A stretch of 62,844 nt of DNA, the filler included, from Stramenopiles sp. TOSAG23-2 (Eukaryota), in NCBI GenBank assembly GCA_900128395.1. It is 17 parts of 17 records of this genome, joined end to end, with 100 filler letters (N's around TTAATTAATTAA, not from the genome) between each part and the next. Parts side by side here need not be neighbours in the genome. Positions count along the whole stretch, not along the records: positions 40,463 to 44,379 come from LT651048.1; positions 44,480 to 48,392 come from LT651049.1; positions 48,493 to 52,400 come from LT651050.1; positions 52,501 to 56,408 come from LT651051.1; 13 more parts are not named here. One strand, 5' to 3'. Both the position numbers and the translations under genes were made by a program. Shown in pieces: positions 43,462 through 53,925 of the stretch. Within the stretch, counting starts at the first letter, position 1. Every line of letters starts with the position of its first letter. A model generated the notes under the pieces. That model ran no database searches. It had not been told where the DNA came from and saw only the letters and a list, made by a program, of their open reading frames with translations.

Positions 43462-43895
43462 TATTATTATTATTAAATTCGTTTTTTATTTACAAAAACA
43501 AAAAAACGACAAGAATTTGAAATTCAGACAATGTTAAAACGGTCGTACTAATTTAAATATATGTATATATAATATATAAATATATAATTTTGTTTCTCTT
43601 GTCTACATATACATCTATATGACCTCCGAGAGTATATAAAATTTTGATTCTATTTTTAAAATTCAATTATTAATAATGATAATAATAAAAAAAAATGATG
43701 ACTACTTCTTGTTGTTGTTTTTTAGTACTATTTTTATTATTTCAATTATTAATTAGTATATAGATTTTTTTCCATTCTTATTTCTTATTTATTTTAATAA
43801 TATACCATAGTCCTGCGTGTTAAAGTTTTTTTGATACGTATGTGACTTAGACTTTACGACTTTACTCCTCCTATATAATGCCTTATTCCTCGCTT

Positions 43896-43973
43896 TGTTT
43901 ATGCTGTGTACCTGCTATTTGACCCTCAGCAGGGAAATAACAGGAACGAAATAGCAGGTACACAGCATAAACA
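43896..43973. repeat. 25-bp perfect inverted repeat with 28-nt spacer
   Basis: TGTTTATGCTGTGTACCTGCTATTT at 43896-43920 and its exact reverse complement at 43949-43973. Confidence 0.95.
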
Positions 43974-44189
43974 GTTAGCATTGGGGCTAAATTTTGATAA
44001 TTCTTCCATGAATATTTATTAGTAACAATACTTGATATATATCGCAAAAATAAAAAGATGTTTTCTAAAAAGTTTAATGATAACTTTTAATTACTTTTAT
44101 ATATGTGCCACACATCCAGATTATAATTTAAAACAAATGTATGCACACACATACAAGAAATATCACTTCGTTGTACATCTACAATTTTC

Positions 44190-44379
44190 TTAATCTTCAT
44201 CTGTATTACTCTCATTCTGTTTGGCACGTTCCCTTGCCGCTTTTCTCTGTCTTTGCTTCGCAACGCGTGAAATTAAACCTCCCTTATCTTCATCTGCACT
44301 TTCATCCATCGATTCATTGTCTTCTCTGCGTCTTCTCCTTGTTTTCCTATTACCATCGTCCTCCTCATCATCCATAGTT
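44190..44379 (-). CDS. C-terminal fragment of a charged protein (5' truncated)
   Basis: Open from the contig edge to TAA; D/E/R-rich. Confidence 0.55.
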
Positions 44380-45948
44380 NNNNNNNNNNNNNNNNNNNNN
44401 NNNNNNNNNNNNNNNNNNNNNNNTTAATTAATTAANNNNNNNNNNNNNNNNNNNNNNNNNNNNNNNNNNNNNNNNNNNNTTAACATATACACAAACTTTA
44501 CCATCTTAGTATATGCAAAAACACACCTATCAATCTGTGGGATTTATAACAAAAAAAAAAACGATCAAAAATATAGAAAAATAATTTTTTTCGATATGTA
44601 GATTATTTTTTTATTATTAATAAATCCATTAGTCGATGTTAAAAAATATTTATTATTAATGGTATTAGTATGTGAATATCATAGATATTAAAATCTCAAA
44701 ATATCAATAATAGCATTGTAAATAGTATGATATATCCGATATTAGTTATTTTATCGTGCAGAAGTTGGCGGTGGTAATTGAGTAAGGGTGATGATATACT
44801 GTCATTAAAAGGGTTGTTTATTAATAGTTGTAGTTGTTACTCTACGATAATGATGTTTAATAGTATTATATACTTGATAATGTACAATATTGGATGGGAA
44901 AATATGCGCTATCTAGACAGAATATTGTACTTTATAGTACATATACGTATAATAATAAAAATGGGAATGAATTTTACAAAGTTACATAGTAAATAGTATT
45001 ATTCGGTATTTGATAGGGGAATATATTTGAAAATGATGATATAATTATTGACATATTTTATTACACCTAACTCTATTTAGTAGGATTTGGTCGAAATGGC
45101 TGGCTCAGGATGAAGGAAGAAGAAAAAAAATCTAATATTTTAGCAGGTACATAGCACCAATTAAATTAGCATATATATAGCATTATTACTCCACAATATT
45201 TTTACATTTATTGAATAGCATCGAATAGCATTGTATTTGCTATTAGCATTGTAGCAGCAGCATTGTGTAGCATTGTACAGCATTGTATATTGTATACAGC
45301 ATTACTCACGGAAAAATTTCTGGAATCGGTTCATACTTTTTTTAAAAATATATTAAGTATATATATTTGTATACTGATAGTTAATAGTTCTATCAAATCA
45401 AATAGGAATCGATTTCAGAAATTTTTCCTTGTGCTGTGTTTATGATAAAATTTTGGTGGATATTTAATTTATTATGATATTTTTTCAAATATGATGAATA
45501 GTGTTATTATTACAAATTTAATATAAATTTATATAAAATCCATAGTATAGTGTGTTATAAATGTGTACATCAAATCGTATATATATATATACATTATAGA
45601 TGGTGAATGATAAGATGGTATACCAGTTGATAGATAGATGTACATTGTAGAGAGAGAGAGAGAGGTACAGTAGAAAGACGAAAGAGAAGTGTAAAAGAGA
45701 GAGGTTAGAGAAGTTGCTAACAAGAACTACAAACAAGAGAACAGAACCAAGTTAGGATATTTAAGAAATAATCGACGAACAACACGATAAAGTGGTTTTT
45801 GGCATTTGGTATAGATATATTACGTTTGAATCAAATCAATCAATAACAAAAGTAGTTTTGACATTGAAGAAGTAATAATCAATACAATCAACAACAGCAA
45901 CAATAACAACGGATAAAGTGTTTGGCATTTGGTATTTGACAACAGGAC

Positions 45949-48392
45949 ATGGCAACGATTAATAACAATAATACGGAGACGGACGACAAAAAATTACAAA
46001 AAATACGTACAAAATTATTACCAGCAGATAATAAAATTGCAACAACGGCATCATCATCATCTTCTGAGAATAATAATAATAACATGAATAACGACGAACA
46101 ATCACAACAATCAAAAATCGAAACAACAACAACACCACCAACACAAATCGAAACAACAACAACAACAACGACAAACGAAGAAATGAATAAAAAAGAAATG
46201 GATGATGTGGTGATTGAAATGGCAACTGTATTTCATAATTTATCACCAGAAAAACAACAAAATGAATTACATCCAGCACATAATAATAATAATAATAATA
46301 TATTATTAACAGAAAACGAAAAAAAATATTTAAATAATTTGGGTAAAGATCCAAAAATTGTGAATGAAATTGTCATGTTACAAAATTATTATCGTGCCAA
46401 AAAAGCAAAACAATTAGCAGATGCAATCCGTGAAAATAAAATGTTAATATTTGAAAATGAAATTAAAAAACATTCACCATTACGTCAAACATTATTTTAT
46501 GCAATCTTCTTATTTATTTATTCATTAGCTGTTTTTTTAAGAGTCGATGGGGAAGCAATGTATTTTTCAAGAGCAGTACATGAACATGTAGTTGAAGAAG
46601 AATTTCTAATGGAAGATGCAAGTGTATTAAAAACATTTGATGATGTAGCAAATGAAGAAGAATTCTGGCAATATTTATCAGGTCCATTCGCAGCAAATGT
46701 AGGTGTACTAATAACATCATATATATATATATCCTCTTTTTCTTATAATAATAATAATATATAAACAACTAACCATCATAATATAATTTTTATACATGTA
46801 TATGTCACAGATGTTTCCAGAAACACGTCCAGAAATATTTCCTGGTAGTGCATTGATTAATACGGTACGTATGCGACAAATTCGCGTAAAAGATTTTGGT
46901 CTTCAAGAATGTTTCATACCACCAATGTTACGGAAATCATTTAAAGATCCAACATGTTATCCAGAATGGAAGACGAGTTCCATGGATACAAGAACACAAA
47001 TGAAATCGATTAATATGACAAATACATTAGGTAATGACGTTGTTAACTCGATGAATCCATACTTTAAACAAAATTTAGAAAAAGCATTTCAATACGATGA
47101 AGAATCATATCGTATAGTAACGACATACGAAGCATGGAAAAATTCATATCCAGGTAGTGGTGGATATATTATGGATTTTAATTCAACTACATCGCAAACC
47201 GATGTCGTTGCAATGGTAAAACATTTGCAAAAATTACAATGGATTGATGGTGGTACACGTGGTATTTTCATTGAATTTGCATTGTATAATAAACAAAGTT
47301 CCATCTTTGTCAATGTACGTTTATTATTTGAATTTTATGCAACTGGTGGTTGTGGTACGTATCCAACGATTGAAGTGGCAAAAATCAATCAATTCGGTAC
47401 ACCAGAACAACAAAGTAAGTTGAATACATTTCTGTATATATATATATATATATATATACTTTTTTTATATCCACATGTATGGTATATATCTTTATCTAAC
47501 AATATACATCATATCTTTCATCATAATAATACACAATGCATATATATATATATATATATATATCAACAGGTTTCATTATAGCATCGGTAACATGTCGTAT
47601 CCTATCTTATTTGTTCGTCTTTTTTTTCATTTATGAAGAAATAAATGATGTAATGCGTGAAGGATATCATGTTTATTTTAGTAATCAATGGAATTATATT
47701 GATATGGCAAATTATGGATTTTTTATCATACAAATGTATTATTTTTTTCATTTCTTATCTTTTCAAGAAGTAATTGGGCGTGAAATGAAAATACCACAAA
47801 ATACACACTTTCTTGACATTCCATATTTAGCCAGTTTATATCAATATGTTGATTGGATATCATGTTTTAATGTATTTTTAATATTTTTAAAATTATTTGA
47901 ATATTTAATTGCAAGTAAAAATATTGCACGTATATTCAATACAATAACAAATGCTATACGAAGAATTGCACCATTAATTGTAGTTATTATTATTATGAAT
48001 ATGATGTTTGCATTAACATTTTTCGTTGGATTCAATCATGTTGATAAGAATTTAAGATCGTTAACACAAAGTTTTCGTAAGTAAAAATTATATATATATT
48101 ATTTTTTCCATTACTACACTGTCGCAACAACAACATCAACAACAACAACAACAATAATAGTGATGATAATAATTACAACATTATTTCTAACATGATATAC
48201 ATACATGCATACATACATACATACATGCATACATACATATACCATGATTAGGAACATGTTTTTTAACTATGTTTGGCGCAAATGTTGCATTGGAATGGGA
48301 AACAAATGTCTACATAGCAAATCGATATTTAGGTACCATATTGATCTTTTTTTATAGATTAATTGGTGGCTTTATCATTGTATCCTTAGGCG
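45949..48392 (+). CDS. Polycystin-2 (PKD2/TRPP)-like cation channel, 3' truncated; exons 45949-46698, 46811-47414, 47570-48076, 48252->48392
   Basis: TFDDVANEEEFWQYL.GPF, RMRQIRV, YPGSGGYI, LQKLQWIDGGTRGIFIEFALYN, YFSNQWNYID, NRYLG; three GT-AG introns give a continuous frame. Confidence 0.92.
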
Positions 48393-48494
48393 NNNNNNNN
48401 NNNNNNNNNNNNNNNNNNNNNNNNNNNNNNNNNNNNTTAATTAATTAANNNNNNNNNNNNNNNNNNNNNNNNNNNNNNNNNNNNNNNNNNNNGA

Positions 48495-48590
48495 TGGGAT
48501 GGAACAAGACCATTAAATGAAGTCGTTGTATTGGAATTTCCACCACCGGATGATAACCCAGAAGATGAAGTTGTGTACAATGATCAGTAA
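48495..48590 (+). CDS. C-terminal fragment WDGTRPLNEVVVLEFPPPDDNPEDEVVYNDQ
   Basis: Coding-like frame from the contig start to TAA, then an AT-rich 3' region. Confidence 0.5.
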   Translation, partial: WDGTRPLNEVVVLEFPPPDDNPEDEVVYNDQ

Positions 48591-48666
48591 ATTGATATTA
48601 GTTATATATATATAAAAATATACAGGATATATATTCATTATATATATATTGGTTAAAATCTAAGTT

Positions 48667-48740
48667 ATATCATATCATATCATACGAACGTAAGAAAGTA
48701 TTACATATCATATCATATCATACGAACGTAAGAAAGTATT
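48667..48740. repeat. 38-bp period tandem duplication
   Basis: ATATCATATCATATCATACGAACGTAAGAAAGTATT occurs twice. Confidence 0.85.
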
Positions 48741-49144
48741 TTGGAAAAAAAAGGTGGCGGCATATTTATTATTAAGATGAAAGGTGCTATGCACGTCAAC
48801 AGAGAGTACGTTCGTAATAAAAAGAAGATTTCACGCGTGTGTGTAAATTTAAAATATGAAAAAAATAGTGTCTGCTGTGTGTTACGAGGAAGTATATTAT
48901 ACTGGTATATTTAAAAATATATTTATTTTATAATATTTTGTTATTTACGAATCGTATGATACATGATTTATATTTTACTAATTTTTTATTGATGTACGAG
49001 CTATCATATGCATATGACGTAACAAGAAGTGTACATATCTCTTTTTAGTTAAAGTTTTTACGAACGTATGATGTAATTACGGACAATAAGGGCAACATGA
49101 TATGTATCCGGTACTTCACTTGCGGTTACATCATGTACAGATAT

Positions 49145-51841
49145 TTATAACAATAGAAAATTTTCCGGTGTATCCATTGGTACAAGATCATCTATAACAT
49201 CCTCTGAACTAAACTCATGTGGAAAATCCATTACAAATGCATTGTTGTTGGTACTGTTAGCAGTACTGCTGCCATTTATTTCAAAAAAACCGTCTTTGTC
49301 ATCACCGCTTTCGAACACCTCTGTTAAATTGAACATGCCATTATTATTATTATTACTGCTTTCGTTTATATTAGTAGTAGTATTGTTGTTATTATCATAT
49401 GTAACATTATTACTATTGTAATTCTTGTTGTTGCCGTTGTTGCTACTACTTTTCATATTATCACCATTACTATTCGCATGGTTGTTTCCAAGAAGCTTTT
49501 TGTATTCTTGTTGCTGAATATCTTCTAAAATCTGTTGTTGTTGTTTAATATCGGCTTCGCTAAAACCCAGACTTTTCAAGTTATCAAAACTGTTATCATT
49601 GTTGCTGTTGCTACTACTATTAATACTACTACTACTACTATTAGTATTAGTATTATTACTACTAATTTTCTCGTCTTCTACATTACCTAACAATGACATG
49701 TTTTTCTCACAACGGTTTTTTAACATTGCTTCACTTGTTTTATGAAATTGACGTAGTAAATCCGTTTTATTTAGACGAACAACTTGACCTTTACCAGTTC
49801 CTGTAGAGGATCTAACATTTTGATATATTAATGTTTCTGGCATTAGCCTGGAATTGGAACCCCATTTGCTTAATTGTTCCTTAATCGCATCTTGCTTAAG
49901 TATAAAATGCTTTGTAATCACATCTTTGAAACACGATGTATCCACTTGGCGAATTTGTTCCAACATTGCCCAACGTACATTATTCCATCGTATATTTCGA
50001 TTATATTGATCTGATTTTGCTGTTCCATTTGAAGTATTTTTGGTTCTTTCATATCCAGGTTCATTAAAATATGGATTATTAACAAAAATTAATGATTGAA
50101 TCGACATTAATACTTGCAATAAAGTAGATTCTCCAGGTATCCAACCTGGGCCATTCCACGTTCCAAGCAATGATAAACATACTTTACCATCCTTGTATAA
50201 ATTTGGATTGAAACGAACGCTTCCTTGACCAGTTGTAATTAGTTTTACTGACGGAGAAACATTTGGGTATGATGGTGGCAAATAAATGTCAAATTCATAA
50301 CATCCATTTTCATATGGAGTTCCTTCTGGACCTATAATCAGTGCTTTTATCAAATTTATTGATTCGTCGCTAACCCTGACAAAGATGCTACTTGCCCAAT
50401 GTACTGGTAAACTACTTCCTAAGGATACAAGTTCACTCATGATTTTTTTCGTATTTTGATTTGTATGCCCAGCTTTCGGCTGTTGCTTTTGAAACATATG
50501 TTTTTGGGTAAACGTTGCTTCAAATTGCAATTTCAATTTCCCCAATTTATTTTCATATTTTTTTCTTGCTATATGATCAGAATTACTATTATTATTATTT
50601 GTATTACTACGACTATTCGTTGCAGTGGTAGTGGTACTTGTTGATGTGACTAATGATGATGATGATGAACTTTTTTTACGTGGTGATGGATTCGTTTCAT
50701 CCAAGCTGCTACCATTTAATACTCTTTTCTTTTCCTTCTTACTTTTTTGTTTTGTTAGTTTCGTCGGTAACACTTGTATCATTTTTGCATTTGCAATACA
50801 TCGTTTCACATTATCAAAGACAGCATCTATATCACATGCTATCATTTGTTCCGTCTCAACTACTGTAGAATTGAAAGAAGAACCATTACTAGCATTTACT
50901 TTGGAATATATCTTTGCTTGCTCATTTACTTTACGTAATAAATTTGATATATTGACCATAGTATTTTCATAATCATCTTCGTCGTCATCATCATCTTCTT
51001 CTTCTTCCTCCTCATTAGTATTATTATTGTTGTTGTTGTCGATAATACTAATAAGCAATCCTGCTTTCATCGGATCTTCGGCTATACGTCGTACAACATT
51101 TAATGCTGTTTTGTATAATTCTTGATTTTTTACCCATTCTGAAAATGCCTCGTTTCTAAATAATTTTATTAACGCAGGCACTAAATTTTGTTTACAATTT
51201 ATTAAAAATAAATCTTGTTCTTGTGGATTCTTACTATCAAAAGAATAGAAATATTGTTCAATCGTTTCTAATGCACTTTTTACTAGATCATCTTGTTTTT
51301 TTATATCTATCCCAGCTTTTTTACGAGCTTTTCGTAGAACAGTGGCATCATTTTGATCTCCTGCATAATGAAAGCCATTGTTATTTAAAGTTTTTTTTGG
51401 TTGTTGTGTATAGGAAGGAAAAAAAGTCTGCTGTGTGGAAAAACCACCAGGTTGCGATGGCTTTTTAATGTATCCAGGTTGGCCATTTTCGTTATATCCC
51501 CAATTATAATATCCTGGTTTTGGACCTGTATCTTTTACCGATGGAATAAAACCTGGTGTTGCTTGCGGAGGCGTTTTTTTATTATAATTATTAGTATTGT
51601 TATTTGCTTTTTTTTTTCCAACCGGTGTTGCTTTTGTTTTTTGTAGTGACTTTTTTTTAGTGGGGCTAACAAACTCACGTAAAGTTTGAAATGATTCTTC
51701 TACACGCATAACATTACTAGTTTCTCCTAGTAAGAATAAATTTGAAGTGTTATCCTCCCTTGTCGCCGTCAAATCAATAGAATTTGACGAAGATGCACCT
51801 AAAAGTGATGCTTCAGATGACGCGTATGAATTCATTGACAT
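49145..51841 (-). CDS. BIRC6/BRUCE-type ubiquitin-conjugating (UBC) domain protein
   Basis: SSIFVRV, ALIIGPEGTPYENGCYEFD, TTGQGSVRFNPNLYKDGKVCLSLLGTW (catalytic Cys), LLQVLMSIQSLI, PYFNEPGYE. Confidence 0.92.
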   Translation of the reverse strand: MSMNSYASSEASLLGASSSNSIDLTATREDNTSNLFLLGETSNVMRVEESFQTLREFVSPTKKKSLQKTKATPVGKKKANNNTNNYNKKTPPQATPGFIPSVKDTGPKPGYYNWGYNENGQPGYIKKPSQPGGFSTQQTFFPSYTQQPKKTLNNNGFHYAGDQNDATVLRKARKKAGIDIKKQDDLVKSALETIEQYFYSFDSKNPQEQDLFLINCKQNLVPALIKLFRNEAFSEWVKNQELYKTALNVVRRIAEDPMKAGLLISIIDNNNNNNTNEEEEEEDDDDDEDDYENTMVNISNLLRKVNEQAKIYSKVNASNGSSFNSTVVETEQMIACDIDAVFDNVKRCIANAKMIQVLPTKLTKQKSKKEKKRVLNGSSLDETNPSPRKKSSSSSSLVTSTSTTTTATNSRSNTNNNNSNSDHIARKKYENKLGKLKLQFEATFTQKHMFQKQQPKAGHTNQNTKKIMSELVSLGSSLPVHWASSIFVRVSDESINLIKALIIGPEGTPYENGCYEFDIYLPPSYPNVSPSVKLITTGQGSVRFNPNLYKDGKVCLSLLGTWNGPGWIPGESTLLQVLMSIQSLIFVNNPYFNEPGYERTKNTSNGTAKSDQYNRNIRWNNVRWAMLEQIRQVDTSCFKDVITKHFILKQDAIKEQLSKWGSNSRLMPETLIYQNVRSSTGTGKGQVVRLNKTDLLRQFHKTSEAMLKNRCEKNMSLLGNVEDEKISSNNTNTNSSSSSINSSSNSNNDNSFDNLKSLGFSEADIKQQQQILEDIQQQEYKKLLGNNHANSNGDNMKSSSNNGNNKNYNSNNVTYDNNNNTTTNINESSNNNNNGMFNLTEVFESGDDKDGFFEINGSSTANSTNNNAFVMDFPHEFSSEDVIDDLVPMDTPENFLLL

Positions 51842-52500
51842 TTTTCAATTAAAAGTATACAAGTTTTGTTTTGTAAATCAATGTATGAAAATATTGATGG
51901 TTTAATCAGAGAATAATTCTTTCTTTTCTTTTTAATATATATATATATATATATATATCGTATATAATTTTTATTTCTCCACCGAAGTAATTGATTAATC
52001 GTATATTTATTTATATGTATATAACTATACACAGTTTTGTGAGATATCTATATAGATAATTTTATAAATATTTTGGCTTGTGGTTTAAGTTATTTCTTTT
52101 GAGAGTACAGGAATTATCACGAGTAGAGAAATAAAAAATTAAAATACGCGTACTTTATTATTATGCGATCATATACATACATGCAAGTGATTATAAAATT
52201 TTACGAGAAATTAAAAATATCATAAAAGAAAGAGAGAATTTATTGACGAACCGGTATTATTTTACACGATATATTACTTTCGGTAATATCATATATGATA
52301 CGGTAATAATCAAATATTTTAAAAAATATGAAAATTTCGTGTATATTAAACTACACCATTACGAAACAAATTTTTACTCATTTCCTCTTCAGAAACAACC
52401 NNNNNNNNNNNNNNNNNNNNNNNNNNNNNNNNNNNNNNNNNNNNTTAATTAATTAANNNNNNNNNNNNNNNNNNNNNNNNNNNNNNNNNNNNNNNNNNNN

Positions 52501-52583
52501 AAAAAAAAAGAGCGGCGTCAACAGCGTTGTCCCACGGAGGGCACAAACATCTGTAATCCGGGACAACCAGACTACAACCAGTA
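52501..52583 (-). ncRNA. Candidate small structured RNA (unassigned)
   Basis: GC-rich island with GTTGTCCC/GGGACAAC stem and inner pairing; T9 run 3' and AT-rich TATA-like tract 5' on the minus strand. Confidence 0.3.
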
Positions 52584-52762
52584 TCTTTTAATTATTTTTA
52601 TTATAATAACCTTCTGTTCGACCACACCACCAAATTAGAATGAGTGCAAATCAGTCATCAAATAATCAAAAATTTAAAACCAGGTCAAACAAAAGAAATA
52701 TATAATAAAAACCAACATACCACAATCTTTAATTTATATATAAACTGAAAAATAATTAAACA

Positions 52763-53566
52763 ATGAGTCGTGTACATCATACAAATGGTGCGAGTGAAAA
52801 AGTTGTCTTAACAAGTATATCAGGGCGTGTATATATCATCACGTTGAACCGTCCAAAAGCATTAAATGCTATTAATGATCAACTAACAAGTGAATTAAAA
52901 CAAGCGTTACTTGCTGCAGAAGCTGATATAAATTGTGGTTGTGTTGTTATTACTGGAGAAGGACGTGCATTTGCTGCAGGTGCTGATATTAAGGAAATGA
53001 AAGAAAAAAGTTTAGGAGATATTGTAATTGATGAATTTCCTGGAAAAAATTGGAATGCTATTGATGATTGTAAAGTTCCCATCATAGCAGCTGTGAATGG
53101 GTTAGCGTTAGGTGGAGGATGTGAATTTGCTATGATGTGTGATATTATTATAGCATCTGAAAAAGCAAAATTTGGTCAACCGGAAATAAATTTAGGTGTG
53201 ATTCCAGGCGCTGGTGGTACACAAAGACTAACAAAAGCAATTGGAAAATCAAAATCAATGGAATTAACCCTAACAGGGGGCATGCTAGATGCTGTAACAG
53301 CTGAAAAATATAATTTAGTCTCACGTGTTGTAAAACATGAAGAGCTGATGGATGAAGCAATGAAAATTGCAAATCAAATCGCATCAAAATCACGTGCTAC
53401 TGCAATGTTAGCAAAAGAATCTGTCAATACTGCATTTGAAACTAATTTAAAAGCTGGAATAAGAGTTGAACGTCAAATTTTTCGAACAACATTTGGATTA
53501 AATGATAGAGCAGAAGGCATGCAAGCTTTTGTTGATAAACGTGATCCAAAATGGTCTCATTCTTGA
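52763..53566 (+). CDS. ECHS1: Enoyl-CoA hydratase (crotonase), ECHS1-like
   Basis: LNRPKALNA, AFAAGADIKEM, PIIAAVNGLALGGGCEFAMMCDII, FGQPEINLGVIPGAGGTQRL. Confidence 0.95.
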   Translation: MSRVHHTNGASEKVVLTSISGRVYIITLNRPKALNAINDQLTSELKQALLAAEADINCGCVVITGEGRAFAAGADIKEMKEKSLGDIVIDEFPGKNWNAIDDCKVPIIAAVNGLALGGGCEFAMMCDIIIASEKAKFGQPEINLGVIPGAGGTQRLTKAIGKSKSMELTLTGGMLDAVTAEKYNLVSRVVKHEELMDEAMKIANQIASKSRATAMLAKESVNTAFETNLKAGIRVERQIFRTTFGLNDRAEGMQAFVDKRDPKWSHS

Positions 53567-53925
53567 TATGACATATGAATTCAAAATATTATAAAATATG
53601 ACACACTACGAAAAAATGATTATTGTGCATAATAAATAAATGCGTATTATGGTACGTACGTAAACGTACTCTCGTAAATGATAAGCTACACTTAGAGAGA
53701 GCCACTAGAGCAAAATGTTACATTTTTTATAATAAAAATATTTACTATACTTCGTACACAGCAGTGTGTACCAAAAATATTTTTTTTTTCAAAAAGATGA
53801 TACGAACCGTACAAATATTTTTTTACGAATATTTTAAAATTTAACCCCTCTCTCTCTTTCCCGTTACTGTGTGTAATTTACGCGCGTATGATAATTATTC
53901 TCTCTTTTTATATAAAATATTTTTA

